Source of the DNA: Malacoraja senta
Lineage: Eukaryota
Length of the DNA stretch: 64,000 nt
NCBI GenBank assembly: GCA_038087875.1
Contig: CM075992.1
Location: 7,194,001 to 7,258,000 of the forward strand
Direction: 5' to 3'
Shown here: piece by piece, positions 44,435-57,196 of the stretch
How the letters are laid out: each line of letters begins with the position of its first letter
How positions within the stretch are numbered: position 1 is the stretch's first letter
The notes under the pieces: generated by a model
Told to the model about the DNA's origin: nothing
Database searches by the model: none
The model's input: the letters and a program-made list of their open reading frames with translations, nothing else
Made by a program: the position numbers and the translations under genes

Positions 44435-45293
44435 TCAACGGGACAGGCAGCATCTCTGGAGAGAAGTAATGAGCGACATTTCGGGCCGGGACCCTTCTTC
44501 AGAATGGCTCTGGCTGATGAAAAGCGACAGAACAGACACCAGGATGCAGATACACAGAAGAGTGTAGATAATCTTGGGTGGTAGATTTCGTCGAGCAGTA
44601 TCTGCTCTTCGGGGCCAATGTTCTGCAAAGTGCAAATGAAACTAATCACTGAAAGCAAAATATTGATTCCTCCAATGGAAAATATACCAATTTTGTCCCG
44701 GTTTAAACTTGGCGACGGCCAATGGAGCCGCCGGCTATTGTCAACACCACAATTTTCAACTGACAAAAATATTTGACTTCCTTTGTCTAATCTTTACGCA
44801 AAACAGGCTGGGCATAGACCTGAGTAGGGATTGGAGTTGGTGTAAGTTACACATCAGAGAAAACCTGAAGTCTGAAGAAGGGTCTCGACCCGAAAGGTCA
44901 CATATTCCTTTTCTCCATAGATGCTGCCTGACCCGCTGAGTTACTCCAGCATTTTGTGTCTATCTGCAGACCTAAAGCATCATTCGCTCCGTAAGCAAAG
45001 TTCAAATGGGAAGAATCAACAAAACTCACCCATCCATCCCTCTTTTTCTTCAACATTTTGCCCATCCACCCCCCCCCAGTTAAATTCTAGCCTCCCCCGC
45101 TCGTTACGATTAAATTGTAATTAATTCAAGCCCATTCATTTGAATTGGAAAACTAGGATAACTAGGAAACATTATAATATATTATAAACATAGTGATGAA
45201 ACCTGGCTTCAGATCTTCCGGCTCAGATTCGTCTCCATTCTTCTCATCGATGTGAAACGCAGTGGTATTTACATAAATGTCCATTCCTTCCAT
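44435..45293 (-). pseudogene. Locus F: truncated paralog of C (exon 1 plus a TM exon broken at ~44522 and fused to the upstream region of E)
   Basis: Exon 1 45203-45293 MEGMDIYVNTTAFHIDEKNGDESEPEDLKP. The TM exon starts at 44622 and matches C up to …SVLSL (44522), then switches to sequence shared with the D/E upstream region. The frame stays open to a stop at 44435. No neck or CTLD exons of its own. Confidence 0.72.
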
Positions 45294-46487
45294 GTTCTCG
45301 GCTGGGAGATCTGGCCTGTGTTGAACCTTTAAGAAGTAGTCAGAGAGATGACGATTTTGAGCTCAAATAGTTCCTCAAGCTGCAGTTCCACTTTTCCGCT
45401 CAATTCTGCAAAATTCCAAATCTGTTTAGCTGAATTGATGGCATTGCAAAAACACTTCTGCTATTAGATTCTGTGTTCAAGTGACATTACTCTGACCTCG
45501 ATGGTCCTCGATACCTCCCCCAGACGTGTCCTCAGACTGGGAGTTTAATGCACATCTCTGTGCAAGTGTGTACACCCACTGTTAGTTTGACCCCAGGTGA
45601 AAAGTAACATTGAAATGGGGCCAGGAGCTCGGCCTTTGAAGCTGCGCCACCACCTTAAAGTCGTTGGCTGATGTAAATCCATGGACGGATGGCGGCACAA
45701 CGACATTCACGAAGCCAGAATTAAGACAAAGCATGGTCGCTGGATATGTATCCATAATTCTGAATCCAGCGACCGAGTTGAATTTTTTTGCATATTTTGG
45801 GGAGTTAATTAATGATTCCTACCAAGCCTTTCCCGCTTACTTTTCATGCTGTGGTTTTCCAACATTTTCTTTTCCGATTGTAAGTTTCCGGCATACGTAT
45901 GATTTTCAGATTCCAGATCTAACCAGAATAGATCGATAGAAGCACACAGTCTCCTTTTCAGAGTAGGTGAATCGAGGACCTGAGGACTAGGTTTCAGGCG
46001 AAGGGGAAAATATTTAAAAGGAATCCGAGGGGTAAAATTTTCACAAAAAGGTGGTGGGGGTATGGAACAATCTGCCAGGGGAGGTACTTGAGGCTGGGAG
46101 TGTCTAACGTTTAAGAAACAGTTAGACAGGTACATGGATAGGATAGGTTTGGAGGGATATGGACCGAACGCAGGCAGGTGGGGCTAGTGTAGCTGGGACA
46201 TGTTGGTCGGTGTGGGCAAGTTGGGCCGAAGGGAATGTTTCCACGCAGTACATCCCTATAACTCTGGAGGACGAACTCAGGCTGTATCTGTGGGGTGATC
46301 CAACGCGAAAAGTCGTCCGTCCATTCCCTCCTCAGATGCTGCCCGGCCGCTGAATTCCTCCAACACTTTATGTTTTGCCCCTTTCATTGTTAATCATCGC
46401 ACTGAAGTTTTTCGATGAATGTCAGTTCAATATCTGTAAATTGCTCAATGATGTGATTTTTACTAATGTTTACCTGACTTCTCTTCA
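44522..46487. repeat. Direct duplication of the locus C 5' region (~27891-30335)
   Basis: Collinear similarity, e.g. ORFs 29042..29296 and 45664..45939. The C copy has ~480 bp extra at ~29300-29775. A third copy lies at ~54080-55100. Confidence 0.85.
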
Positions 46488-46880
46488 GAAGATTCAGGAT
46501 CAGTTCCTGTGGATTGGAGGATAGCTATTGTTATCCCACTTTTCAAGAAAGGAGCGAAAGGGAAAACGGGGAATTACAGACCAGTTAGCCTGACTTCGGT
46601 GGTGGGAAAGATGCTGGAGTCAATTATTAAAGAGGTAATAATGGGGCATTTGGATAGCAGTAAAATGATTAGTTCAAGTCAACATGGGTTTATGAAAGGG
46701 AAATCATGCTTGACTAATCTTCTGGAATTTTTTGAGGATGTGACAAGTGAAATGGATGAAGGGGTGCCAGTGGATGTAGTGTATCAGGACTTTCATAAAG
46801 CCTTTGATAAGGTCCCGCACGGGAGACTGGTGACTAAAATTAGAGCACATGGTATTGGGGGTAGGGTGTTGACATGGATA
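46488..46880 (+). mobile_element. CR1-type LINE reverse transcriptase internal fragment at the F/G junction
   Basis: DWRIAIVIPLFKKG…GNYRPVSLTSVVGKMLESII…QHGFMKGKSCLTNLLEFFE…DVVYQDFHKAFDKVPH. Confidence 0.92.
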
Positions 46881-47647
46881 GAAATGGACGCGCCTGTGAA
46901 GACATTTAAACTCAAATCAGAAACACTGGGACACGACATAGTCTCACAACTCTCACTGTTCACTCAGATTTTGCACATGGAATACGTTTATATATTGTTT
47001 CATACTGCGGATTAAGTCCCCACACTGCGTTACTTAACGGGACGTCATCAATCAAAGATGTTCTTGTATTGAATTCACACGAACATCGTCCTCAACTAAC
47101 GCCAGTGATTACTGAACAGCATCGCGTTGTACACGCAGAAAAAAACATTCTAAACATCTTTGTCCTTGAAACTCAACTCGTCACTGGCCACACACCGTCC
47201 GATCTTTGTATCCTTTAACCTAAACCACCCTTCTGTTCCGCCTGCGGACACACGATTGTGGACGCAGCCCAGGCCTCCCTTCCATTGACTCCATCTACAC
47301 TTCCCGTTTGCTCAGCAAGGGCCAGTCTCACCCCGGTTACTCCCTCTTCTCCCCTCACCATCAGGCAAGCGCGCACCTCTAGCTTTTGGGAATGTTTCTT
47401 TGCAGCTATAAGCAGGTAACTGAACCATCCTAATAACAACTTGAGAGCGGCCCTGACCTACTGCCCACCTCATTGGAGACCTTCGGACATTGTTTAATCG
47501 GACTTTACTAGATGTTATCTTGCGCTAAACGTTATTCCCTGTATCATATATCTGTACACAGTGAGTGGCTCGATTCTATCATGTGTTGTCTTTAGCTGAC
47601 TGGTTAGAACGCAACAACAACTTTTCACTGCACCTTGGTATACGTGA

Positions 47648-47679
<32 letters not shown>

Positions 47680-48089
47680 CTAAGCTAAGCTAACCTAAAC
47701 TATAACATTCATATTGCGAATGATTAATGCTAGACGAGCAGTCCCTCCAGTGGTCGCCATACTTACTCGCCCTCAGCCGTGAAATCTCAGCTTGAAGTTC
47801 GGAGAGTGAGCTGGCTGCATTCTCAAAGGTTCCTGTAACTGGAGAGACACAACTGTTTAGATAATGCGGATCCTTTTTCTCAATAAAATTGTTCCTCCGC
47901 CGGCACTCGGGGATTCTTCCTTCCATGGTTCACCCTGTCTATGGCTTATACATTGAGGATCTGAAAAATTGTAACGGCCTTGTTCGCATTAGCCTGTAAA
48001 AAGAATCCAGGAAATGAAGAACGGATATGATCACCCATTGAATTATCAGTGATGGCTCCCACTGATTGTCACCGGAAGCTTGCGTCCTT

Positions 48090-48090
<1 letters not shown>

Positions 48091-48149
<59 letters not shown>

Positions 48150-48375
48150 TATTTTATTGTCATTGCACATAAGTGCAACGAGATTTGGTATGCAGCTTCC
48201 ATCCGATGTCATAACTTACACAACTAATACAATTTAGATTTAGATACCCCGAGAACATGGTTTATAAAAAGAACAGTAAAACAGTAAAAGTCAAAACAGT
48301 CTAAAGTGCAACTGTGTCTGTGCGACGTGACCATCCGAGGGTGACAGTCCATGGAGGTGGGGGGCACTCAAGACG
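48091..48375 (-). mobile_element. LINE 3' end with a (TAA)n/(TTA)n tail
   Basis: (TAA)n at 48091-48146 abutting TTTTATTGTCATTGCAC; absent from the paralogous intron of E. Confidence 0.5.
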
Positions 48376-51300
48376 GTCGATGATAGCGATGTCAACATTT
48401 GAAACAAGGAAGATGGACACGAAAGAGGAAGGTCAGTCATAACTTATATTGATTATGAACATTAAAAAAACATGGACGCGTTAGAGCGAAACCATATCTA
48501 ACCATTTTATGTATTTAATGTATTTAACCAATAAACATACAGGTTTATGAGGTAGATGCATTGATGAGATATGTGGGAATTTTGCAAAATCCTGTCATTA
48601 AGTATCACATATTAAGTTTGCATGGAATTATTAATGTATAGTTAGTAAACAATAATCGTATGGATAGAAAAAATACAAACACTGTATCTCGAAACTAAAC
48701 TAAACTAAACTAAACTAGCGGCGGCAGATATCAAACATTCAGGTAAATAAACGTATTAAGTGAAACGAGTGACATTTCTTTTTGTGCCGCGAAATGTTCG
48801 TGTTTGGAATATTGGGTAGCAGTGGCGTCAGGTTGAAAGGTGCATTCAAGCAGGACCTGGGTAAGTCGGAAAAGGGAGCAGGAGACTGCGCTGACAGAGG
48901 AGGGCATATCTTGGACGAGGTGGATTGATATTAAATTGATTTGATGTGCGCTCAGCGGGCAGTGTGGGCAGTTCCAAGCTTTTCTTCATGATATTCTGCC
49001 TGATCATTCCTGATATTGTACTGTGGTTATTCACATCACCCTGCAAGAATATAGCAAGACCCCAAGATCCACTAGTTGCAGTTGGAAAGAGTTCGGGTTA
49101 GCCACGGGCAGACTGGATTGGACTAAGTAGATTGACCATAAATGGATCTGACGTGCGATCAGCCAGCTTTGTGCTTTTATTCCAAGCTTTTCTCCATGAT
49201 ATCCCGGACATTTTCACTTTGCCATTCTAAGGCTTGAGTTTTTGCTCACGACGTTTCATACCTAACGGTTTAATTCCACCATTCGATCTCACCCTCCTTG
49301 TCAATGAATCTCTGGAATGGACACAGCTTAGATTGCGAAGTGACTGCGCAGTGTAGTGAATATTGGGCATGTCGGTCAAAGGACCCGGTATGTTGCTATT
49401 GAATAAGAGGTCACTGAGCAAATAGAGCTGAGAGGGTCTCTTCCCAAGGCTGAACCTCTCTCTTTAAACTCCCCTCACATTGAGCACACAAGCAGGGACA
49501 CGGTTGCCTTTCACTCTCATTGTACTGGTGACCCCGCCCGAAGGAAATACAACCAATTCCATTCCACAGGAGTTCTATCACCCGCCCTTCCATGTAATCT
49601 TCCCTTCCAGGGCAACTGGTATCCTTGGTAAGAAAGGATGAGTAGCTGGGCATGTTTAGCAATCCCCCCCCCCCCGCCCCCTCCCCTCCCCAACACACCC
49701 ATGCCAGATTCACAAGCAACTGAATCATCCGACCACAACCAGCGACAGCTACTATCTACGTCATTGGTGACCCTCGGACTATCTTTGGTTCGATTGTAAT
49801 CATGTCACGATCCATCCGCTGACTGGTTTGCACGCAACAAAGGTTTTTGACTGTACCTCCGGTACACGTGAAAATATACTAAACGGAACTGAACTGCACT
49901 ATTTAGATATTTTACCGGGTGATTCATTGGTGACCTGCGATCCGTCTGATGAGCAGCTCACTTACGCTCTCTCAGCAGTGCAATCTCAGCCTGAACGTCG
50001 CAGAGTGAGCTGGTTGCTTTCTCAACGTTTCCTGTAACTGAAGACGGACGACAGTTTAAGTTACGTGGAGCCCCTTTCTCCGTGACCCTGTTCCTGCACC
50101 GTCACCCCGCGTTCCTTCCAGTTTACCTGACGTTTACGGTTTCTACAAGTACGGACGGCACGGTGAACTGTGTACAATTGTGGTCACCCTATCGTTGTGA
50201 GAATTCCATTAAACTGTAAAGAGTGCAAAAATAAATTTACGAAGATGTTATCCGGTCTGAAGGGTTTGAGTATCAGAAGAGTTTGAATAGTCTAGTATTT
50301 TATTCTCTCGGGTGTATAGGGACTGGGGAGTGAATTTGTACACGTCCATGAAATCATAAAATGCATAGAAAACGTGGAATGCCACGGTCCAGTGAAAGGG
50401 AGTCCAGGTTTAAGTTGAGTGAGGAAAGATTTAAAATGACCCGAGGCGCAAAGTTTTCGCACAGTGTGTACTTTCATGGAATGAGCTGCCAAAATAATGA
50501 GAGAGGCGGCTACAATATCGTCATTTAATAGACCACTCGACAGGATAAATTGATACAAAAATTTAGGAGGGTTATGGACCAGACACAGTCAAAGTGGGTT
50601 TCATTTGAACATCAAACTCCTTGTCGTCAGAATGTATGGCCCACACTCTCGAGCTTTGAAAGTGTGATCTAAACTCTAGAAAACAGCAGAAAAGAATAGT
50701 CTGTGGCTCTGTGAACCGGGACTGGACATCAGATGAGTAGCAAATGCCCAGTAGCTGCTATGCATCATCGTCGTCGCCAGTGGCCGCTGTTATCCGAGAG
50801 ATGTGAGCTGCAGAGCACTGTCGTTCAGTCAAGGATCCAGCAGGTGGCGCAACTTGTAAGAAATGGCACTTAGCTGTTTTTGACTCGTAATGGCACTTAG
50901 CTGTTTTCCCCCACAAAAGCTGCCTAAACTGCTAAGTTACTCCGGCACTTTGCGATGTGACCAACTGAAGATTGAGGGAAGTGGCAGTCGTGGATGGATA
51001 GATAGGAATTGCGGATGAGGGGAATTTGTGAGGCAGAGACTGGCTATCCCAAGTTCGAAAAACAGTTCGACAGGTACATGGATAGGACAGGTTTGGAGGT
51101 GATATATACAAAACACAGGCAGGTGGGACTAGTGTAGATGGGACATATTGGTCGGCGTGGGCACTTTGGGCCGAAGGGCCTGTTTCCAACTGTAGCACAC
51201 TAAGCCTCTATGAGAAAGTAGCGACGTGATTTCACGAGTAGCGGGTGAGGAGGGGGGGGGGGGTTGGCATGACACAACATTATTCCCTACACACTAGGGA

Positions 51301-52354
51301 CAATTGACCCATTGATCCGCAGATTTATAAGGATAGAGAAGGTGAGATTGTATGTCTACATTACAGAGATCTTTCAGATTCGGTTATTACACTCACCATT
51401 GCTCTTCCATTGGGAACTTTCCATCCGAAAGTCAGCATCTGACCTCTTCATTTCACCCATCTGTGGCACTGAAATAGAAACTAAGATTTGAATATCACAC
51501 GTTCGATATAATTTGCCCCCACAACATCTACAGTACCATGATGCCCATTATTCGAGGCGGAGAATGAAAGAGATGGGAGATTCTGCAGGAATTCTGTTGA
51601 CCACAAGTTAGGATATGTCAGGATATGTCATTCCTTCCACTTCCTTGCACGCTACAAACACATCTCTGGTTGCAACAATAAACAGGGACAGAGGGCCGGG
51701 ATATCTTAAAAACGTTCAGGACTTTCCACTTCTCCGAATTCACCTGCTCCAAATTAGTTCCATACTGCAGCTGTCGCGTTGTCGTATGTTTGTCTTCGAA
51801 TACTACCGCTTATATGATGGGAAATCTGGAAAGGAAAGTATAACGAGCAACTGAGAAGAAAACGACACATTGACCCGTGCTTTGAAATAACCCACATTGC
51901 CCTTGATATTGGGTTACCGACTACACAACCCTTCAAGCTTATATCACGACCAGCGTTGCTCCTCAAGACTGAATTAATGTTACTTCTCAAATTAATGCTT
52001 GCGGATCCATGTAGATTCCTCATTTAAATTTCGAAACTAATAATATAAAAGCTACAGACACTAGAAATCTAAAAATTAATAAAGAGTATCCAGGAAAAGC
52101 CAAGCGTCCGTGAAACGCAAATTTAGCAACAAAATACAGAGACAAGGGTGGTTGAGTGCCCATGTAGTAGCGACTGTATTCTACCGCATCACAGAAGTTC
52201 TACCTATTTCACCGCTTCCACCCGCCCCCCTCCGCCCCCCAACGTAGTTGCTAACTTGTGTTATTCTTTCTCAGTTCCAACGAATGATCTCAGATCTGAA
52301 ACATTAAATGTTTATCTGTGCAGCGATACGGCCTGGCCTACTGATGGTTTTCAC

Positions 52355-54069
52355 TGGAGCCAGGATTTTGCCATAAATGCCTTGTGCCTTTAAATGCCTT
52401 TTTTGATGATTTTAGGAAGATAATGCCTTTTCATCATTGTGCCTAAATCAGCCTTTTTTTGCCGTTAAAACGTAACTACAAGACAATTTAAACCACAGCG
52501 GCGAAACCCGGCTGTAAATGCGTGTTAAGTTGATTGGAGAGGGGTGCGTGGGAAAGCGTTCAGTCTTTGCAGACTGGAGTCATGTTTTAAGTAGGTGTGA
52601 AGTGGTGATTGGGGAGGTGTAGGTGGGAAGGGTCGCGTCTTTTCAAACTGGAGTCAAGCTGTGAGTAGGTCTGAAGTGGTATTTGGGGACCGGGTACCAG
52701 GGTTAAGTTTCTGTTTATCGAACCTGCAGTAGAACTCGTTCAGATCGTTGGTCAGCTGAAGATTGTCCAAGGAGTGGGGGGGTTTCCTCTTGTAGGCTTG
52801 TGATTTCTTGCAAGCCCTTCCACACTGAAGAAGAGTCATTTGCTGAGAACTTGCTCCTCAACTTCTCAGAGTACCTTTCCTTGGCTGCTCTGATTCCCTC
52901 TTCTCAGCTTGTACTTGGCCTGCCTGTAGAGGTCTGCATCCCCGCTCCGATGATCTGCCCCCTGCACGCGTCAAAATGCCTAATGTCAAGTCAAGGCCTT
53001 GGAAAAAAACTGAACGATTTGGTGAGAGTGTACGGGAGAGATATATTCTCTACAGACTTCTGAGAAAGCAGTGGACCATGAGAAGACATATATCGTCTCC
53101 CAGCATGTACAGACAGCTAAACACAAGTTCGGCGGCAGAGAACTGAAGGTAGGAAATACCCAAGCTTGTCTCCTCACAACATTTACTGCTGGCTCCATTC
53201 GCAAATATGAGTTTTCGAGTGATCTGTGCAACGCATTCATTAATGCTGGAATTCCACTGTGGAAATTGGAAAACAAATCTCTCAGATGTTTTTTAGGGAA
53301 ATACACAGGAAAATATACCAAGCGAGTCATCATTACGGAAATATTATATTGATAGCAACTTCAACATTGTTGTGCAGAAAATTAGAGATGAAGTTGCATG
53401 CAACAAAATAAGGATCTCAATAGACGAGACAACTGATGCTGTGGGGAGATATGTTGCCAATGTGGTCATCTGTACTCTGGAGGCAGGTCAACCATCAAAG
53501 GAGTATTTCTTGACATCGGAAATATTGGAGAAGTCAAAGATTGCTATTGCTATTGCTTAGTTGTTTACATCTTCACTTGCTCTACTTTGTACTTAAAGTT
53601 CCTGGCGATGTAGGTAAAGACATACAAAGAAAATGTGAGAGGGGGTTTAGCTAACAAAGATCTTGAAGAGATACAAAACATAGCTAAAGTTCTCAAAGGT
53701 AGCTGTAATGCACAAGATATCGACATGAATATAGAGTCTGTAGCTCGTTTCGGGCATGCACCAGTGACCTCAGCTGGGGTAGAAGGAAGATTTTCACAAC
53801 TGAAGCATATTCTGTCTGACAGATGGCATAGTTTAACTCAGGATAAATTGCAAAAATGCTAGTAATTAGGTGCAACCAGGCAACTGTGGGTCATTTAATG
53901 TAGTATACCTTTTATATTATCATTTTAACCATATTTTGGTGGCGGAAATAAATGCCCTTTTATGCCTTTGTTGTCAATAAATGCCTTTTCCGAGCCTTTT
54001 TTGTAATTTTATTATGCCTATTTGCCTGCGTATTTCAGAGATTTTTAGCGCCTAAACATCCTGGCTCTA
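52355..54069 (+). mobile_element. hAT-superfamily DNA transposon (degenerate transposase) with 8-bp TSD and short TIRs; nested LINE fragment at ~52640-52945
   Basis: TIRs TGGAGCCAGGAT / ATCCTGGCTCTA. TSD GTTTTCAC (52347-52354) / GTTATCAC (54070-54077), with a single GTTATCAC at the paralogous site 27815-27822. ORF remnants ISIDETTDAVGRYVANV and APVTSAGVEGRFSQLKHIL (hAT catalytic and C-terminal dimerisation-type motifs). Confidence 0.88.
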
Positions 54070-55167
54070 GTTATCACCATTTTCAACTTGTTTAAACTTA
54101 CTCAGTATAAACGCAAGAGCAAGCGACAGAACGGACACCACGATGCAGATAGCCAGAAGAGTGTAGATAATCTTGGGTGGTAGATTTCGTCGAGAAGTAT
54201 CTGCTCTTCGGGGCCAATGTTCTGCAAAGTGCAAATGAAACTAATCACTGAAAGCAAAATATTGATTACTCAAATGGAAAATATACCAATCTTGTCCCGG
54301 TTTAAACTTGGCGACGGCCAACGGAGCCGACGGCTATTGTCAACACCACAATTTACAACTGACAAAAATATTTATCTTCCTTTGACTAATCTTTACGCAA
54401 AACAGGCTGGGCATAGACCTGAGTAGAGAGTGGGCTGGAGGTGATTTAAGTTACACACCAGAGCAAAGCTGAAGTCTGAAGAAGGGTCTCGACCCGAAAG
54501 GTCACCTATTCCTTTTCTCCATAGATGCTGCCTGACCCGCTGAGTTACTCCAGCATTCTGTGTCTATCTGCAGACTAAAGCACAATTCGCTCCGTAAGCT
54601 AAGTTCAAATAGGAAGAATCAACAAAACTCACCCATCCATCCCTGTTTTTCTTCAACATTTTGCTTATTACCCCCCCCCCCCCCTGCAGTTTAATTCTAG
54701 CCTTCCCCCCGTGTGTTACGCTGAAAGTGTAATTAATTCAAGCCCATTCATTTGAACTGGGAAACTAGGATAACTAGGAAACATAATAATATATTATAAA
54801 CATAGTGATGAAACCTGGCTTCAGATCTTCCGGCTCAGAATCGTCTCCATTCTTCTTATCGACGCGAAACGCAGTGGTATTTGCATAAATGTCCATTCGT
54901 TCCATGTTCTTGGCTGGGCGATCTGGCCTGTGTTGAACTTTTAAGAAGAAAAGAGAGAGATGAAGATTCTGAGCTAAAATAGTTCCTCATGCAGCACTTC
55001 CAGGTTTCCGTGCAAATCAGTAAAAAATCCAAATCTATTTTGCTGAATTGATGGCATTGCAAAAATACTTCTGCTATTAGATTGTGTTTTCAAGTGACAT
55101 TTATTGGAGTCCATGTCCTGCAAAGCCGAATTGAAAATCATCACTGAAAGCAAACGAGGAAATCACT

Positions 55168-56070
55168 GGAAAGAACTGCAGATGCTGGTTTAAATCGAAG
55201 GTAGACACCAAATGCTGGAGTTACTCAGCGGCACAGGCAGCATCTCTGGAGAGAAGGAATGGGTGACGAGACCCTTCGGGTTTCGGGTCGAGACCCTTCT
55301 TCACACTGATGTCAGGGGAGTGGGCGGGACAGAGATACAGTAAGACAGGTGGGCGAATTGGGAAGGGGAGGGGATGGAGAGAGAGGGAAAGTACGGAGAC
55401 AGTAAGACAGGTGGGCGAATTGGGAAGGGGACGGGATGGAGAGAGAGGGAAAGCAAGGGCTAATTGAAGTTCGAGAAGTCAAAGTTCATACCGCTGGGGT
55501 GTAAACTACCCAAGCGAAATATGAGGTGCTGTTCCTACAATTTGCGCTGGGCATCACTCTGACAATGGAGGAAGCCCAGGACAGAAAGTTCTAAACAATC
55601 GGGGGATCAGGTAGGTTAAGGCGGACTGAGCGGAGGTGTTCAGCGAAACGATCGCCGAGCCTGCGCTTGGTCTCGCCGATGCACATGGAACAGCGGATAA
55701 AGTAGATGAGGTTGGAGGAGGTGCAAGTGAACCTCTGCCTCATCTGAAAAGATTGTCGGGGTCCTTGGATGGAGTCGAGGGATGAGGTAAAGGGATAGAA
55801 GTTACATCTCCTGCGCTTGCAGGGGAAATTACCTGGGGCGGTTTGGGAGGGAGTTGCTGAGAGCAGAAATGGACCCTGCGGAAAGCAGTAAGGGGTGGAG
55901 ATGGGGAAATGTGGCCAGTAATGGGATCCCGTTGGAGGTGGCAAAAATGTTGGAGGATTATGTGCTGTATGCGACGGCGGATGGGATGGATGGTGAGTAC
56001 ATGGGGGACCCGTCCTTGTTACGAATGGGGCGGAGGGGGGCAAGCAAGAGTGGAGCTGCGCTATATCGAT
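55168..56070 (-). mobile_element. Penelope-like element fragment (RT remnant, GIY-YIG endonuclease, terminal repeat)
   Basis: QRFTCTSSNLIYFIRCSMCIGETKRRLGDRFAEHLRSV followed by the terminal repeat. A related fragment lies at ~3521-3992. Confidence 0.85.
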
Positions 56071-56856
56071 GATAATTTGAGTACACATGTATCCATATGT
56101 TAATATGGGTGTACACCTAATGTGTACAATCTTACCTTCCAAACCTCATATTTCATATACCTCATAGACCGCATATTTGCTTGGATGAAATCCGCCCTGC
56201 CATTTCTACGCCCATATTTTTAACTTATATATATATCGCGACATCATTTCACAAACTTCCTTACTCTTCACTACTCCATCCATTCTGTTGTCACCTGTAA
56301 ACTTAACCGACCCAGGATCACGTCCTTCCACCACTAACTTCTGTCAACTCAGGGTATTTCAGTTCTGAATTCAAACTATTCATCGTGGATCCCATACAAG
56401 TTATTCTTTTGGATCCGACTGCCATTAGGAGATTTATCGTATGTCTTTCTAAAGTCCAAGTATCCAATATCCACCGCCATAGAGTTATAGAGTCATAGAG
56501 CGTGGAAACAGGCCCTTCAGTCCAACTTGCCCACACCAACCAACATGTTCCACCATCACTAATCCCACCTGCCTCCGTTTGGCTCGGATCTTTCCAAACC
56601 TTTTAGACTGACTTTTTCAATCCTGGCGTTATGATTCTTTCACGCAGATTGTCGGTGTACCGACTGCCAGTGACATGATAAGTAAAACGGGGGTAAAAAT
56701 ATCACGAAGTTCCTGAGTGAATTCATCCGCTTCACTAATTGCGATAAATCCAAGGTTTTCTTTGGTGATGTGAAACCTCTGCATTCAGAGATACTAATCA
56801 CGTCCACTCTTCCCTGTCCACTGTTGAATAAATGCAGACATGTTAACAATATTTGC

Positions 56857-57196
56857 TTAGTTTAGTCTAGTTTAGTTTAGTTTAGTTTAGAGATACAGCG
56901 CGGATACAGGCCCTTCGGTCCACCGGGTCCGCACTGACCAGCGATCCCCGCACATTAACACAAACCTACACCCACTAGTGACAATTTACACTTATGCAAA
57001 GTATACAAACCCATGCCAATTAACCTACAAACGTGCATGTGTTTGGAGTGTGGGAGGAAACCGAAGATCTCGGAGAAAGCCCACGCGGTCACGGCGAGGA
57101 CGTGCAAACTCCGTCAGACAACACCTGTAGTCGGGGTCGAATTCGGGTATCCAGCGTTGTAAAGCGGCAACTCTACCGCTGCGCTACCGTGCCGCT
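56857..57196 (-). mobile_element. HE1/V-SINE-like SINE
   Basis: Reverse-strand copy with a (TTTAG)n tail. Confidence 0.78.

Larger units (their letters stand above)
46793..54905 (-). pseudogene. Locus G: C/E chimeric paralog with three neck exons; CTLD exon 1 cut after ~13 nt by a CR1 RT fragment
   Basis: Exon 1 54815-54905 (MERMDIYANTTAFRVDKKNGDDSEPEDLKP); TM 54102-54221; necks 51397-51468, 49966-50037 and 47767-47838 (all 72 bp, phase 1/1). The CTLD1 acceptor at 46893 is homologous to E 36041; homology ends ~46881 and the frame reads through antisense LINE to TGA at 46793. Confidence 0.78.

Noticed and set aside
46509..47015. 168-aa ORF as a standalone gene
   Set aside because: It is a CR1 RT fragment reading on into the antisense of a lectin exon/intron, a by-product of the junction.
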